Origin: Candidatus Aenigmatarchaeota archaeon
GTDB taxonomy: Archaea; Thermoplasmatota; Thermoplasmata; Halarchaeoplasmatales; Halarchaeoplasmataceae
NCBI GenBank assembly: GCA_046537845.1
Contig: JBKHKA010000001.1
Coordinates: 84,317-148,316, forward strand
Direction of reading: 5' to 3'
DNA length: 64,000 nucleotides
How positions within the stretch are numbered: the stretch's first letter is position 1; each line of letters begins with the position of its first letter. A model generated the notes under the pieces. The model was given only the letters and a program-made list of their open reading frames with translations. It had not been told where the DNA came from and made no database searches. This document shows, one piece after another, positions 1 through 8,214 of this stretch. Made by a program: the position numbers and the translations under genes.

Positions 1-892
1 ATTCCACCGGGGTCACATCGAAGGCGGGATTTTTTACTGGAGAATCTTCCGGAGTTATCGGTGATCCGTTTATCTCTCTAACCTCCTTTCCTTCTCTATA
101 TTCTATCGGTATATCGGCACCCTTCTTCGTGGTCTCGTCGAAAGTCGTGACCGGGGCCGCTACGTAGAACGGTATATCATTTTCATTTGCCACGACGGCT
201 TTTTCGTAGGTCCCGATCTTATTGGCTATGTCCCCATTGGCAACGATCCTGTCGGTACCCACTATCACCAGATCGATCTCGGCTCTCTGCATGTAGTGAC
301 CCGAGGCGTTATCCACGACGACCGAGTGGGGTATATCTTCATTGTAGAGCTCCCACGCGGTCAATCTAGCCCCCTGAAGCCTAGGCCTGGTCTCATCTAC
401 GAAAACGTGTATATCTTTTCCTTCTTGTGCTGCGGCCCTCAAAGGTGCCAGGGCCGTTCCGTGATCTACAGTAGCCAATGCTCCCGCATTGCAGTGTGTG
501 AGGACGTTTGCGCCCTCTTCTATGAGTTCCGCTCCGTTCTCTCCTATCTTTCTGCACTTCTCTATCACGGAGTCAGCATAATCTTCGGCAGCTTCGATCG
601 GACTTTCAACGTTATCCAGCATATAATCTACTGCATAGAAAAGATCGTAAGCGGTCGGCCTCGCAGCCCTGATATGATCCGCGGCTTTTTCCACATCCTC
701 GTCTTGAAGGATAGCCTGAGCCATGCCGTAAGCTGCGGTCACTCCGATAGCGGGAGCGCCTCTGACCACCATCTCTTTTATGGCAAAATATATGTCTTCA
801 TGATCTTGCGCGGTGTAGAATCTAAGCTCACCTGGTAAAAACCGCTGATCTATCATCTTCACCTTTCCTTCTTCCATCCAGATCGCTTGCAT
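1..892 (-). CDS. mtnA: S-methyl-5-thioribose-1-phosphate isomerase / aIF-2B-I (eIF-2B alpha/beta/delta) family protein; 3' end cut by window edge
   Basis: Absent from the ORF track because it runs off the window. My translation of the minus strand from ATG 892 (alternative ATG 877) gives MQAIWMEEGKVKMIDQRFLPGE..VRGAPAIGV..THCNAGALAT..ETRPRLQGARLTAWEL..VGTDRIVANGDIANKIGTY, the signature blocks of this family. The + strand ORFs 187..369 and 296..838 are its antisense shadows. Confidence 0.8.
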   Translation of the reverse strand, partial: MQAIWMEEGKVKMIDQRFLPGELRFYTAQDHEDIYFAIKEMVVRGAPAIGVTAAYGMAQAILQDEDVEKAADHIRAARPTAYDLFYAVDYMLDNVESPIEAAEDYADSVIEKCRKIGENGAELIEEGANVLTHCNAGALATVDHGTALAPLRAAAQEGKDIHVFVDETRPRLQGARLTAWELYNEDIPHSVVVDNASGHYMQRAEIDLVIVGTDRIVANGDIANKIGTYEKAVVANENDIPFYVAAPVTTFDETTKKGADIPIEYREGKEVREINGSPITPEDSPVKNPAFDVTPVE

Positions 893-902
893 ATCCTCTA
901 CA

Positions 903-1688
903 CTATCTTCCTTCTTCACTTTCATCTTCACACCTTGCTGATAGATAGGCCTGCCAGAGTTTGGGAACCGTTTCCATATCTTTTATACCTTCAGGTCTTA
1001 CCCATCTGTACTCCGTGCTTTCCCAATTCAACTCTGGTTCTTTTTTGACTTCGAAAAGAAAAGGGTTCACCTCCCATATCTTTTTTTTCCCTTCATATCT
1101 AACCCTGACCGGTTCTCCTTTTGAAACGCATACCGCATCTAAACCGGTTTCCTCCCTTATTTCCATTCTCGCATGTTCCGCAGGGTCTGATCTTTCTAAA
1201 TAGCCGGAAACTCCAGCCCATTTACCTTCATAACTGCCGACCTTTTCACTCCTCTTCAACAACAAGATGCGGTCGTCCCTCTTAAGGAAGGCCGTAACCA
1301 CTGGCTGTAACTCCACACCTTTCAGCTCTACTTCTCCACTGTCCCCGTCTATTCTGACCTCGTCCCCGGGCTCGATCAACTCTATATCTATCTCATCCAC
1401 AAGTGGTATATCCGATAGTATAGCGCCTGAAGCCACTGTGGTCTCGGACCTTTTGTTGATGATGCCTAAAGGAGCAGTGCGGTTATCTTTGAGCTGGTAG
1501 ATGACATAGGAGCCGACGGTGCTACCCTTCCCTCCAGGGAAAACGAAGATGGAATCCGCTATTTTTTCCTCATCGAAGACCTTTCCCCTCTCTAGGTCTA
1601 CATCACCCAAAAAAGATACTCTCTCATCCAATTTTACCGCTTCTCCTTCAGCTTCACCGGGTGATATGCCCCTCCCCTGTAAGATCAC
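903..1688 (-). CDS. Fusion protein: DUF126 / aconitase-X swivel (small subunit) domain plus C-terminal Nudix hydrolase domain
   Basis: N-terminal ~125 aa (MILQGRGISPGEAEGEAV..SFLGDVDLERGKV..VFPGGKGSTVGSYVI..APLGII) matches the DUF126/AcnX small-subunit pattern. The C-terminal half carries a Nudix-like box (GKWAGVSGYLERSDPAEHARMEIREETGL). GTG start at 1688 overlaps the upstream stop by 4 nt (GTGA). Confidence 0.7.
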   Translation of the reverse strand: MILQGRGISPGEAEGEAVKLDERVSFLGDVDLERGKVFDEEKIADSIFVFPGGKGSTVGSYVIYQLKDNRTAPLGIINKRSETTVASGAILSDIPLVDEIDIELIEPGDEVRIDGDSGEVELKGVELQPVVTAFLKRDDRILLLKRSEKVGSYEGKWAGVSGYLERSDPAEHARMEIREETGLDAVCVSKGEPVRVRYEGKKKIWEVNPFLFEVKKEPELNWESTEYRWVRPEGIKDMETVPKLWQAYLSARCEDESEEGR

Positions 1689-1888
1689 ACTATCATCTCC
1701 ATCAAAGTTTCCAGATCCGCGTCTCCCATGGTTTTGTGAGAAACACCGGCTATCTGTGCCGACTCGACGGATATCAATTTGTCCGCACCGTATATCTTCC
1801 CGAGAGCTACCAGTAACTCCGTAGCTTTGGCAGGGGCCTCTACATGTTCGCCCTCGAGTATCCTCTCTTCCTCCTTGGTGAGATGCAT
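1685..1888 (-). pseudogene. 67-codon relic of the AcnX (DUF521) large subunit, N-terminal segment only
   Basis: From ATG 1888: MHLTKEEERILEGEHVEAPAKATELLVALGKIYGADKLISVESAQIAGVSHKTMGDADLETL.. resembles the first ~65 residues of archaeal DUF521/AcnX large subunits, which are normally ~400 aa. The usual SAH appears here as SAQ. It ends with a stop overlapping the DUF126 start. The longer ORF-track start (1936) runs into the tRNA gene. Confidence 0.45.
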
Positions 1889-1906
1889 GAGATCAAAACC
1901 AAAAAG

Positions 1907-1979
1907 TGCCGCAGGCCGGACTTGAACCGGCGACATCCACGTCTTCAGCGTGGCACTCTCCCAACTGAGTTACTGCGGC
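1907..1979 (-). tRNA. tRNA-Phe (anticodon GAA), no encoded CCA
   Basis: Reverse complement GCCGCAG-TA-ACTC-AGTTGGGA-GAGT-G-CCACG-CTGAAGA-CGTGG-ATGTC-GCCGG-TTCAAGT-CCGGC-CTGCGGC-A folds into a perfect cloverleaf: 7-bp acceptor, 4-bp D, 5-bp anticodon and 5-bp T stems, with anticodon loop CU-GAA-GA. Confidence 0.9.
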
Positions 1980-2066
1980 TTGTAGAGTAGTAAAGTTTAA
2001 TCGGATTTGAATTTTACGCCTCAAAACGATTAAGTATGGTCACATCATTACAACCTACCGAGTAGC

Positions 2067-2426
2067 ATGACACTCGATATCGATAGAGAGGAAATAAACT
2101 GTGACAACGTGATCGAATGCGTCTACGATCTTACGGAGCTGGACAAGAAAATACTGTCCGTGCTGTCAGAGTCCGAAGAATTGACCTCTTCAGAGGTAGC
2201 CGAAGAAGTCGAAAAAGACCAGAGTACGGCATACCGTTCTTTGGAAAAAATGTTCCAGTGCGGTCTTGTTTACAAAGAAAAAAAGACAATCAGGAACGGC
2301 GGTTATTACTTCCAATATTCACTTAGACCTTTGGATAATATAAAAGAGGAGGCTCTAGAGTGCATTGATAGGTGGTATGAAGATATGAGGGAGGCTATAG
2401 CGGGTCTAGGCAAAGAGCACCTTTGA
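2067..2426 (+). CDS. Winged helix-turn-helix transcriptional regulator (TrmB/MarR-like)
   Basis: 119 aa. LTELDKKILSVLSESEELTSSEVAEEVEKDQSTAYRSLEKMFQCGLVYKEKK is a typical wHTH segment. The nested ORF 2117..2326 is spurious. Confidence 0.6.
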   Translation: MTLDIDREEINCDNVIECVYDLTELDKKILSVLSESEELTSSEVAEEVEKDQSTAYRSLEKMFQCGLVYKEKKTIRNGGYYFQYSLRPLDNIKEEALECIDRWYEDMREAIAGLGKEHL

Positions 2427-2440
2427 ACCTCTGTCCAGCT

Positions 2441-2779
2441 TTAAATATCGAATTTTTCCTTCATCTTCTCCTCGAACTGCTTTTTCTTCAACACACCCCT
2501 CTCTTTTCCCACTAGTTCGCCGTCTTTGAAGAAAAGGTAACTCGGAAGAGACTGAACACCGAATTTTGAGGGGATCTCGTTGTTGTTCTCGATATTCACT
2601 TTTGCAAATCTGACCTTCCCGTCATAATTCTCTGCAAGCTCTTCGATTATCGGATTCATCTGGATGCATGGGCTGCACCAACTCGCCCAAAGATCCACCA
2701 CCACGTATTTGTTATCATCGATGAACTCCTCATGATCGCTGTCAGTAATAGACGGAACGACTTTCGAGTTCTCCTTCAA
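2441..2779 (-). CDS. trxA: Thioredoxin
   Basis: 112 aa with the active-site motif WASWCSPC (CxxC) and thioredoxin-fold spacing (..FAKVNIENNNEIPSKFGVQSLPSYLFFKDGE). Confidence 0.85.
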   Translation of the reverse strand: MKENSKVVPSITDSDHEEFIDDNKYVVVDLWASWCSPCIQMNPIIEELAENYDGKVRFAKVNIENNNEIPSKFGVQSLPSYLFFKDGELVGKERGVLKKKQFEEKMKEKFDI

Positions 2780-2914
2780 TTTACTTCCTCCTGGTTATTC
2801 AATCTCAAAACAATCGATGGTAAAGTGATATTTAACCTTTTACACCGTTTTCAATGGTCGCTTTTACAGCAAAAACGAAAATATTAAAATCAACTATCCA
2901 TACTGATGTGAACC

Positions 2915-3196
2915 ATGACCTCAGATGAAGATCCAAAGGTAGAGATAGACTTCATATACTCTGATACGTGCCCAGACTGTCCACCGGCTAGACAAACATT
3001 GGAAAGAGTGACGAAAGACTTTGAAAACGTTGAAGTGAACTATCTCAGAGCGAAAGAAGCTCTAGAAAAAGTGGATGAACATGACATAACTCATATCCCT
3101 ACCATAATAATAGATGGTGAGGTCGCTCACGTGGAAACAGTCAACGACAAAGAGCTCAAGGAAAATATCGAAAAAAGCAAAAACAAAAAAGAGTAA
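2915..3196 (+). CDS. Small glutaredoxin-like / thioredoxin-fold protein
   Basis: 93 aa. CPDC redox motif near the N-terminus (IYSDTCPDCPPA), then ..ITHIPTIIIDGE, typical of small archaeal glutaredoxin-like proteins. Confidence 0.65.
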   Translation: MTSDEDPKVEIDFIYSDTCPDCPPARQTLERVTKDFENVEVNYLRAKEALEKVDEHDITHIPTIIIDGEVAHVETVNDKELKENIEKSKNKKE

Positions 3197-3211
3197 AAAT
3201 TACCTAAAAAG

Positions 3212-4216
3212 ATGCCTGAACTCCTCTTCGAACTCGTCGGACCCAATTACGAACTCGCTAAGGCGGAGGTAATGGGCGGTCTAGAAGGACTCTCTTTAGC
3301 CCATGAAGTAGAAAGGTTCGAAGATGGGATTTTGGCTGTCGATGTCCGCGGAAGTAGTTATCCAGAAATACTTTTTTCCAGATTGGGATTGTCCCGCAGG
3401 ATACATCACCTCGTCGGGATCACTTCCCTAAAGGAGTATGATTTTTCTAGTTTATTGAAAGAGTACGACCCACCCCAAGGGAGTACAGCAGTGAGAACAA
3501 AAAAGATCGAAGGGCATCAGGCCGACACGAAGAAGATCAAAGAAGAGCTGGGCAGAGTGATCTCACAAACGAACCCCATCGATCTCGAAGAGCCGGATCA
3601 CGAATTATTTGCTCTGATATCAAAAAACCTGTTCATAGGAAAAAAGATATACGAAGTCGATAGAAGAGAGATGAGAGCTAGAGAAGTGAAGAACCGGCCG
3701 TTTTCTTCGCCCATCTCCTTAAAACCGTGGTTCACGAGAGCTTTGATCAACATGGCTAGGCCCTCGGAGAGTTCTAGGATACATGATCCGTTCTGTGGAA
3801 CTGGCGGTATCCTGATCGAGGGCAGTAAGATGGGACTGAATGTCTCTGGGGGCGACAAAGACCCCTCTATGATAGAAGGATGTAGAAGGAACCTAGATGA
3901 GTTCAACGTGAAAGCCGATCTAAAGGTGGGTGATGTTTCTCAGACCATCCCCGATAAGATAGATGCTGTGGTGAGTGATCCTCCCTATGGGAGAGCCGCA
4001 TCCACATCTAAAGAGGACCTTGAATCGATCTATCAGAGACTTTTTGAGACCTGCGAGAAAAGATTGAAGGAAGGAGGGTATCTTGCTGCGATATTTCCAG
4101 GTGAAGAATACGTTGACCTTGGACAAAAGTACTTACAACTTCTAGAAAGTTACAAATTGAGGGTCCATCGATCGTTGGATAGGTATTTTACCGTCTTCAA
4201 AAAGTCCAGCAGTTAA
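3212..4216 (+). CDS. trm11: THUMP-domain tRNA (guanine-N2) methyltransferase, Trm11/Trm-G10 type
   Basis: 334 aa. N-terminal THUMP-like region, SAM motif I DPFCGTGGILIEG and catalytic motif IV VSDPPYG. Confidence 0.75.
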   Translation: MPELLFELVGPNYELAKAEVMGGLEGLSLAHEVERFEDGILAVDVRGSSYPEILFSRLGLSRRIHHLVGITSLKEYDFSSLLKEYDPPQGSTAVRTKKIEGHQADTKKIKEELGRVISQTNPIDLEEPDHELFALISKNLFIGKKIYEVDRREMRAREVKNRPFSSPISLKPWFTRALINMARPSESSRIHDPFCGTGGILIEGSKMGLNVSGGDKDPSMIEGCRRNLDEFNVKADLKVGDVSQTIPDKIDAVVSDPPYGRAASTSKEDLESIYQRLFETCEKRLKEGGYLAAIFPGEEYVDLGQKYLQLLESYKLRVHRSLDRYFTVFKKSSS

Positions 4217-4218
4217 AG

Positions 4219-6078
4219 CTATCCCCTGTTGACTTTGATCCCCATCAACTCAAATATCTGTTTTTCATCGGTCTTCTGTGATCCTACAAAGACTTCAAAG
4301 TTGACCACGGTAAGATCTCCACTTGTTTCATAAGAGCCGTTTTCTTTCAGCTGGACTGTAAAATTGGCTCTCTCAGCGAAAGAGGACTCGATGGTCAGGT
4401 TCTCTTTTCGCTCTTCACCATAAAGGAACTCGATGGTCCAGTTCTCGTCAGTGAGCCCAGAGGCTCTCACCTCGTAAGTATCGTTCTGCCCCCTGTTGAG
4501 CAGAGAAAAATCAAATCCCGCTGTGCCGTTCTCGATGAGAGAGTGTCTGTCAGAAACGAGCTCGGTATCGAAGCCGTAGCCGAGCCGAGGGATCATGAAT
4601 GCCTTTTCCTTTTGGAGCGAATCCGTGACCAGAGTGGTTGCTTCAAAAGTTATCTCGTTTTCCAGCGTGGAGTTTCTCGTGGGGCTCACACGGAGCCTGT
4701 AGGTCTGGTTCTCTCCCTTATCAAGATTGAGCGCCGTCCTGTTTCCTTCGATCTCTCTCCACGTTCGATTAACTGCGTCCTCGGTCCGTTCAAAGAGTCG
4801 GACCGTCCAGTTCTCGTCAGATAAAGAATAAGTGATATTATAATCTATACCATCCTCGGCATCGATATTCTTTGCTTTATTTTCGACCATGATCGTGTAG
4901 TTGACGGACTCATCTAGTAAGACTTTCTGTTCCGGTTGGTCTTCCAGCCTGACGTCAAATCTGTAGCTGAAATTTTCCTGATCTACGGGTACGGGGTGGA
5001 AACTTACAAACAATATCAACATAGTTACTCCTCCCACGATCATCCTCTTCTTATCTAACTCAGTAAGGTCGTTCAGAGGTGGAGGGTGGCTCACGCCTCC
5101 AAGGAAAAGTATCAAAAATCCAAAAACCAACCATCCGAGGTACATGGTTATACCGACTACCATAAAAAAAGCGAATGCGATATAACTGATATACTTTGAC
5201 TTCTCACCTAAGAGTGATCTGACCACGTGGCCGCCGTCGAGTTGGGAAGCGGGTATGAGATTCAATCCAGTCACCAGAAAACCGACCCAACCAGCGAAAA
5301 GAGTAGGATGCATATTCTCGACCGGGGGCAGGGGGATGACCTTATTTAATCCCCTCAAGATCACTGGATAGTTCCATATATATCTCATGCCCTCAACGGG
5401 TATTGGAGCGGTTGAAGTGGTGGTAGCAGCTAGGTACAGACCTATTATAGAGACCGGGACCGCTACTATGAACCCAGCGATGGGGCCAGCTATACCTACG
5501 TCCAATAGGGACTTCTTGTCAGGTATGGGTTCTCGTATGCTTATGAAAGCCCCTATGGTACCCAATGGAGGAGCCATGGGGAGAAAAAACGGGAGAGAAG
5601 CTTTTATCCCGTGATACCTTGCCATAAGATAATGTCCCATCTCGTGAGTACCCAAGATCGTCATCAGGGGAAGAGTGAAAAATAGAGCTCCTCGAGAAAG
5701 GTTGTGAAGTGTGAACATACCACCGCCGGCCGGGGCATAATTTGACCACCACCAAGTTCCAGCGATGAGTGTGGTACCTAATGTTATGATGAGCATCACA
5801 ATATTAGCTTTCACGCTGCGGAAGGTTTTATTCTCCTGTTTTTTCACCTTGATTATATATTCTCCATTCTCCTCGATCAGATAGGGTATAAAATTCTGAG
5901 GTATCAATTTTTTCCTCAATTCATCGAAATCTTTTTCTAATTTTTCATCTACGGAGGTCTTGATATAAACGGAAACCACGTCGAATTCTATCTCCGTCTT
6001 ATAGACCGGAAAATAACTGCTCACCACGTCTCGGATAAAATCAATCTCGTTCCTGTAGTCCTCTGGTCTTTCCACCAT
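4219..6078 (-). CDS. M50 family site-2 metalloprotease with a large C-terminal extracytoplasmic domain
   Basis: 619 aa. HEMGHYLMARYHG (HExxH) and NLIPASQLDGGHV (NxxPxxxLDG) lie in a polytopic membrane core. The C-terminal ~250 aa are soluble and rich in N-x-S/T sequons. Confidence 0.75.
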   Translation of the reverse strand: MVERPEDYRNEIDFIRDVVSSYFPVYKTEIEFDVVSVYIKTSVDEKLEKDFDELRKKLIPQNFIPYLIEENGEYIIKVKKQENKTFRSVKANIVMLIITLGTTLIAGTWWWSNYAPAGGGMFTLHNLSRGALFFTLPLMTILGTHEMGHYLMARYHGIKASLPFFLPMAPPLGTIGAFISIREPIPDKKSLLDVGIAGPIAGFIVAVPVSIIGLYLAATTTSTAPIPVEGMRYIWNYPVILRGLNKVIPLPPVENMHPTLFAGWVGFLVTGLNLIPASQLDGGHVVRSLLGEKSKYISYIAFAFFMVVGITMYLGWLVFGFLILFLGGVSHPPPLNDLTELDKKRMIVGGVTMLILFVSFHPVPVDQENFSYRFDVRLEDQPEQKVLLDESVNYTIMVENKAKNIDAEDGIDYNITYSLSDENWTVRLFERTEDAVNRTWREIEGNRTALNLDKGENQTYRLRVSPTRNSTLENEITFEATTLVTDSLQKEKAFMIPRLGYGFDTELVSDRHSLIENGTAGFDFSLLNRGQNDTYEVRASGLTDENWTIEFLYGEERKENLTIESSFAERANFTVQLKENGSYETSGDLTVVNFEVFVGSQKTDEKQIFELMGIKVNRG

Positions 6079-6139
6079 TTATGTAGATTACCTTCTCGTA
6101 CTTAATAAGTCTTATGAAGAACCACTCTGAAAGTGTGAT

Positions 6140-6568
6140 TCAAAAGTCATCTAGACTTTTCTCTTTCCAGCTCGTCCCTTCAGTGATATGCACGACTTCC
6201 CATCCATCCTTTTCCAGTTCTTCCGCTATATGCCTTCTGTGGCATTCCATCGGATCTTCTTCCAAACACATCAATACGGTCCTACCTTCTTCCGCTAAAT
6301 TTTTAATCTCCTCAAATCCTTCCCTCCATTCTTCCCTTTCCATGACCTCGTCATAATCCTCTCTCAATCCTCCAACTCCTGAGAGATGTTTATAAAGTAT
6401 ACTCTTCTGGAAAAGTTCCTCCTTTAAATTATCCTTATTGAACTCTTCTCTGTGCGATCGAGGGTGGGACCGAACATCTATCAATCGACTGATCCCTTTT
6501 TCCTCTAATAGTTCAAGGAAGCCTTCGATATCCTTACCCTCATAACCGATGGTGTATACTTTATTCAT
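6140..6568 (-). CDS. DUF488 family protein
   Basis: 142 aa. MNKVYTIGYEGKDIEGFLELL..ISRLIDVRSHPRS.. and a C-terminal ..CHRRHIAEEL fit the DUF488 pattern. Confidence 0.7.
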   Translation of the reverse strand: MNKVYTIGYEGKDIEGFLELLEEKGISRLIDVRSHPRSHREEFNKDNLKEELFQKSILYKHLSGVGGLREDYDEVMEREEWREGFEEIKNLAEEGRTVLMCLEEDPMECHRRHIAEELEKDGWEVVHITEGTSWKEKSLDDF

Positions 6569-6669
6569 GGCTCTTAATGGAATGAGTGAAATAAAAAATT
6601 TGTGATTTTATGAAATTCGCGATCCGAACAAAACTGTTAAATATGATATTCTCTTTCTTTTGTACACAC

Positions 6670-6694
6670 ATCCGGCATGAAATTTGTGCCGGAT
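6670..6694. promoter_or_regulatory. Perfect 8-bp inverted repeat (ATCCGGCA-N9-TGCCGGAT), candidate operator upstream of the RHH gene
   Basis: ATCCGGCA at 6670-6677 and TGCCGGAT at 6687-6694, about 25 nt upstream of the GGAGG (6706-6710) and GTG (6717) start of the CopG-like gene. Confidence 0.35.
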
Positions 6695-6716
6695 TAACAC
6701 ACAAAGGAGGAAAATC

Positions 6717-6950
6717 GTGTCCGACACCGAAAGAGTGAACGTCCGACTTCCCAAGAGCTTCTTGGACAGGATCGACTTTCTGGTTGAGATGGACGATTTT
6801 TCCTCCAGATCTGAAGCTATCAGGATCGCCGTGAGGGACATGTTATATTATAGGGTCGATCTGGTAGCTGAAAAGGTCGAAAAGATGGCCGAGCAAGAAC
6901 AGAAGATGGCTAAGGCCAAGGCTATCAGGGAAGAATATCTACAAAAATAA
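6717..6950 (+). CDS. Ribbon-helix-helix (CopG family) DNA-binding protein
   Basis: VSDTERVNVRLPKSFLDRIDFLVEMDDFSSRSEAIRIAVRDML is a canonical RHH fold pattern, followed by a coiled-coil tail. The ORF track starts at ATG 6684, but that ATG sits inside the palindrome. GTG 6717 has a GGAGG 6 nt upstream. Confidence 0.7.
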   Translation: MSDTERVNVRLPKSFLDRIDFLVEMDDFSSRSEAIRIAVRDMLYYRVDLVAEKVEKMAEQEQKMAKAKAIREEYLQK

Positions 6951-6985
6951 AAAATAGGGATGGATGCACTCTGACCTGCTAGCCC

Positions 6986-7005
6986 AAGCCCTTACGGGCT
7001 TTTTT
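6986..7005. terminator. Hairpin plus T-tract between convergent genes
   Basis: AAGCCC-TTAC-GGGCTT followed by TTTT, lying between the RHH gene (+) and the DUF63-like gene (-). Confidence 0.3.
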
Positions 7006-7026
7006 CACCTTTTGTATCCCGATCCG

Positions 7027-8214
7027 TCAAACACCCATGGCCAATCGAAGCGTGTTTCTGACCGCGGGACCCGTTCCCAGCACTATTATCAAGAACTTGA
7101 GGAGAACGGGCAGCGTTTTTCTATCGGATAGTTCGTCTTTTATATGTACATCGATCAGGTATACAACTGAAATGATCAGAAGCAATTTTATCAGAAATAT
7201 ACTCAAAGGAGTTCCGGAAGCCTCGATCAAGATAGCGGGAAGAACATGTTTTTCCGCATATCCATAAGCCGTGACTCCCCTGTAGGTGGAAGAGGCATCG
7301 AAAAGGTGCGAAAAACAGATCAGCAGATTCAGGGGGTGGGTGAAGAGCTCATAAATTTTTCTGCGCTCTTCAGTACCAAAAAGATGATCCACAGCCTTTG
7401 AAGCAGATAAAAATAGTAAAGTAAGACCTAAGCCCAAACTAGGGATGAAAACAACTTCCAAAGGGTTGGAGCTTTCTAGCTCAAATATATAATATATATT
7501 ATAGAATAGAGATACAAAAACTGCCAGAAAGCCATAAGAGAACAGGAGATACTTTTCGTTGAAAGCGAAGAATCTCGATCCCAAGATATATGCGGCCGCT
7601 AACACACTGAAGGCGATGAGATAAAAAACAAAGGTATGGTGGGCAAGAAAAGGAGATAAAAGAAAAAAAGATATCGGAAAGGGCAGTAGAATAAACAAGC
7701 GCAAGATCTGCTCTTTTTTCTTTTTAAGGCCTATCCTCGCTAGTTTTGCCCCGATGACGAGCAGTGATATGGCCGATATACCCAGAACAAAGTAGATCAA
7801 AGGTGTTATCATGATCTTATCTAGCGGATCTCTGAACAGACCAACATCCTCTAAGCTCCTCAAAGATCCACCTAACACGATCCAGGGTAAAAGTGAATAA
7901 ACGAAGCTCCTATCTATCTTTATATCGAAGTGATCTATGATCTCATATATACCGAAGAACGCTGTAACCAGTACCGATGCATAAGTCACCGTATTGACCG
8001 GATTGTATCCAGAACCCACCCCATCAACGGGTCGGCCTTCAGCATCTGCAACCACCGGTCCCCAGAAATACCTCCAAAGAAACCTTTCCCAGAATAGGTC
8101 AGGGATCAAGAGCGAACCCGCAAGAAGCAGGAGAGGAAGTCCCACCACCAAAACGATCCATACTTTCAATTTATTTCGTCGGTAGCGGGCATACAGTCCT
8201 TCGAGCCCATTCAT
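7027..8214 (-). CDS. Polytopic membrane protein, DUF63-like
   Basis: 395 aa with ~9 predicted TM helices. The N-terminal FWERFLWRYFWGPVVADAEG..GYNPVNTVTYA recalls the archaeal DUF63 family (from memory, not verified). Its start overlaps the glmS stop by 4 nt. Confidence 0.5.
   Translation of the reverse strand: MNGLEGLYARYRRNKLKVWIVLVVGLPLLLLAGSLLIPDLFWERFLWRYFWGPVVADAEGRPVDGVGSGYNPVNTVTYASVLVTAFFGIYEIIDHFDIKIDRSFVYSLLPWIVLGGSLRSLEDVGLFRDPLDKIMITPLIYFVLGISAISLLVIGAKLARIGLKKKKEQILRLFILLPFPISFFLLSPFLAHHTFVFYLIAFSVLAAAYILGSRFFAFNEKYLLFSYGFLAVFVSLFYNIYYIFELESSNPLEVVFIPSLGLGLTLLFLSASKAVDHLFGTEERRKIYELFTHPLNLLICFSHLFDASSTYRGVTAYGYAEKHVLPAILIEASGTPLSIFLIKLLLIISVVYLIDVHIKDELSDRKTLPVLLKFLIIVLGTGPAVRNTLRLAMGV

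Noticed and set aside
187-838. Plus-strand ORFs of 60 and 180 aa at the window start
   Set aside because: Their composition is Cys/Arg/Ser-rich and not protein-like. They are exactly antisense to a clear MtnA-family reading frame on the minus strand, which the ORF track omits because it runs off the edge.
1889-1936. N-terminal extension (MSPVQVRPAALFGFDL) of the 83-aa ORF
   Set aside because: These codons overlap the 3' half of the tRNA-Phe gene (1907-1979). The homology-bearing part starts at ATG 1888.
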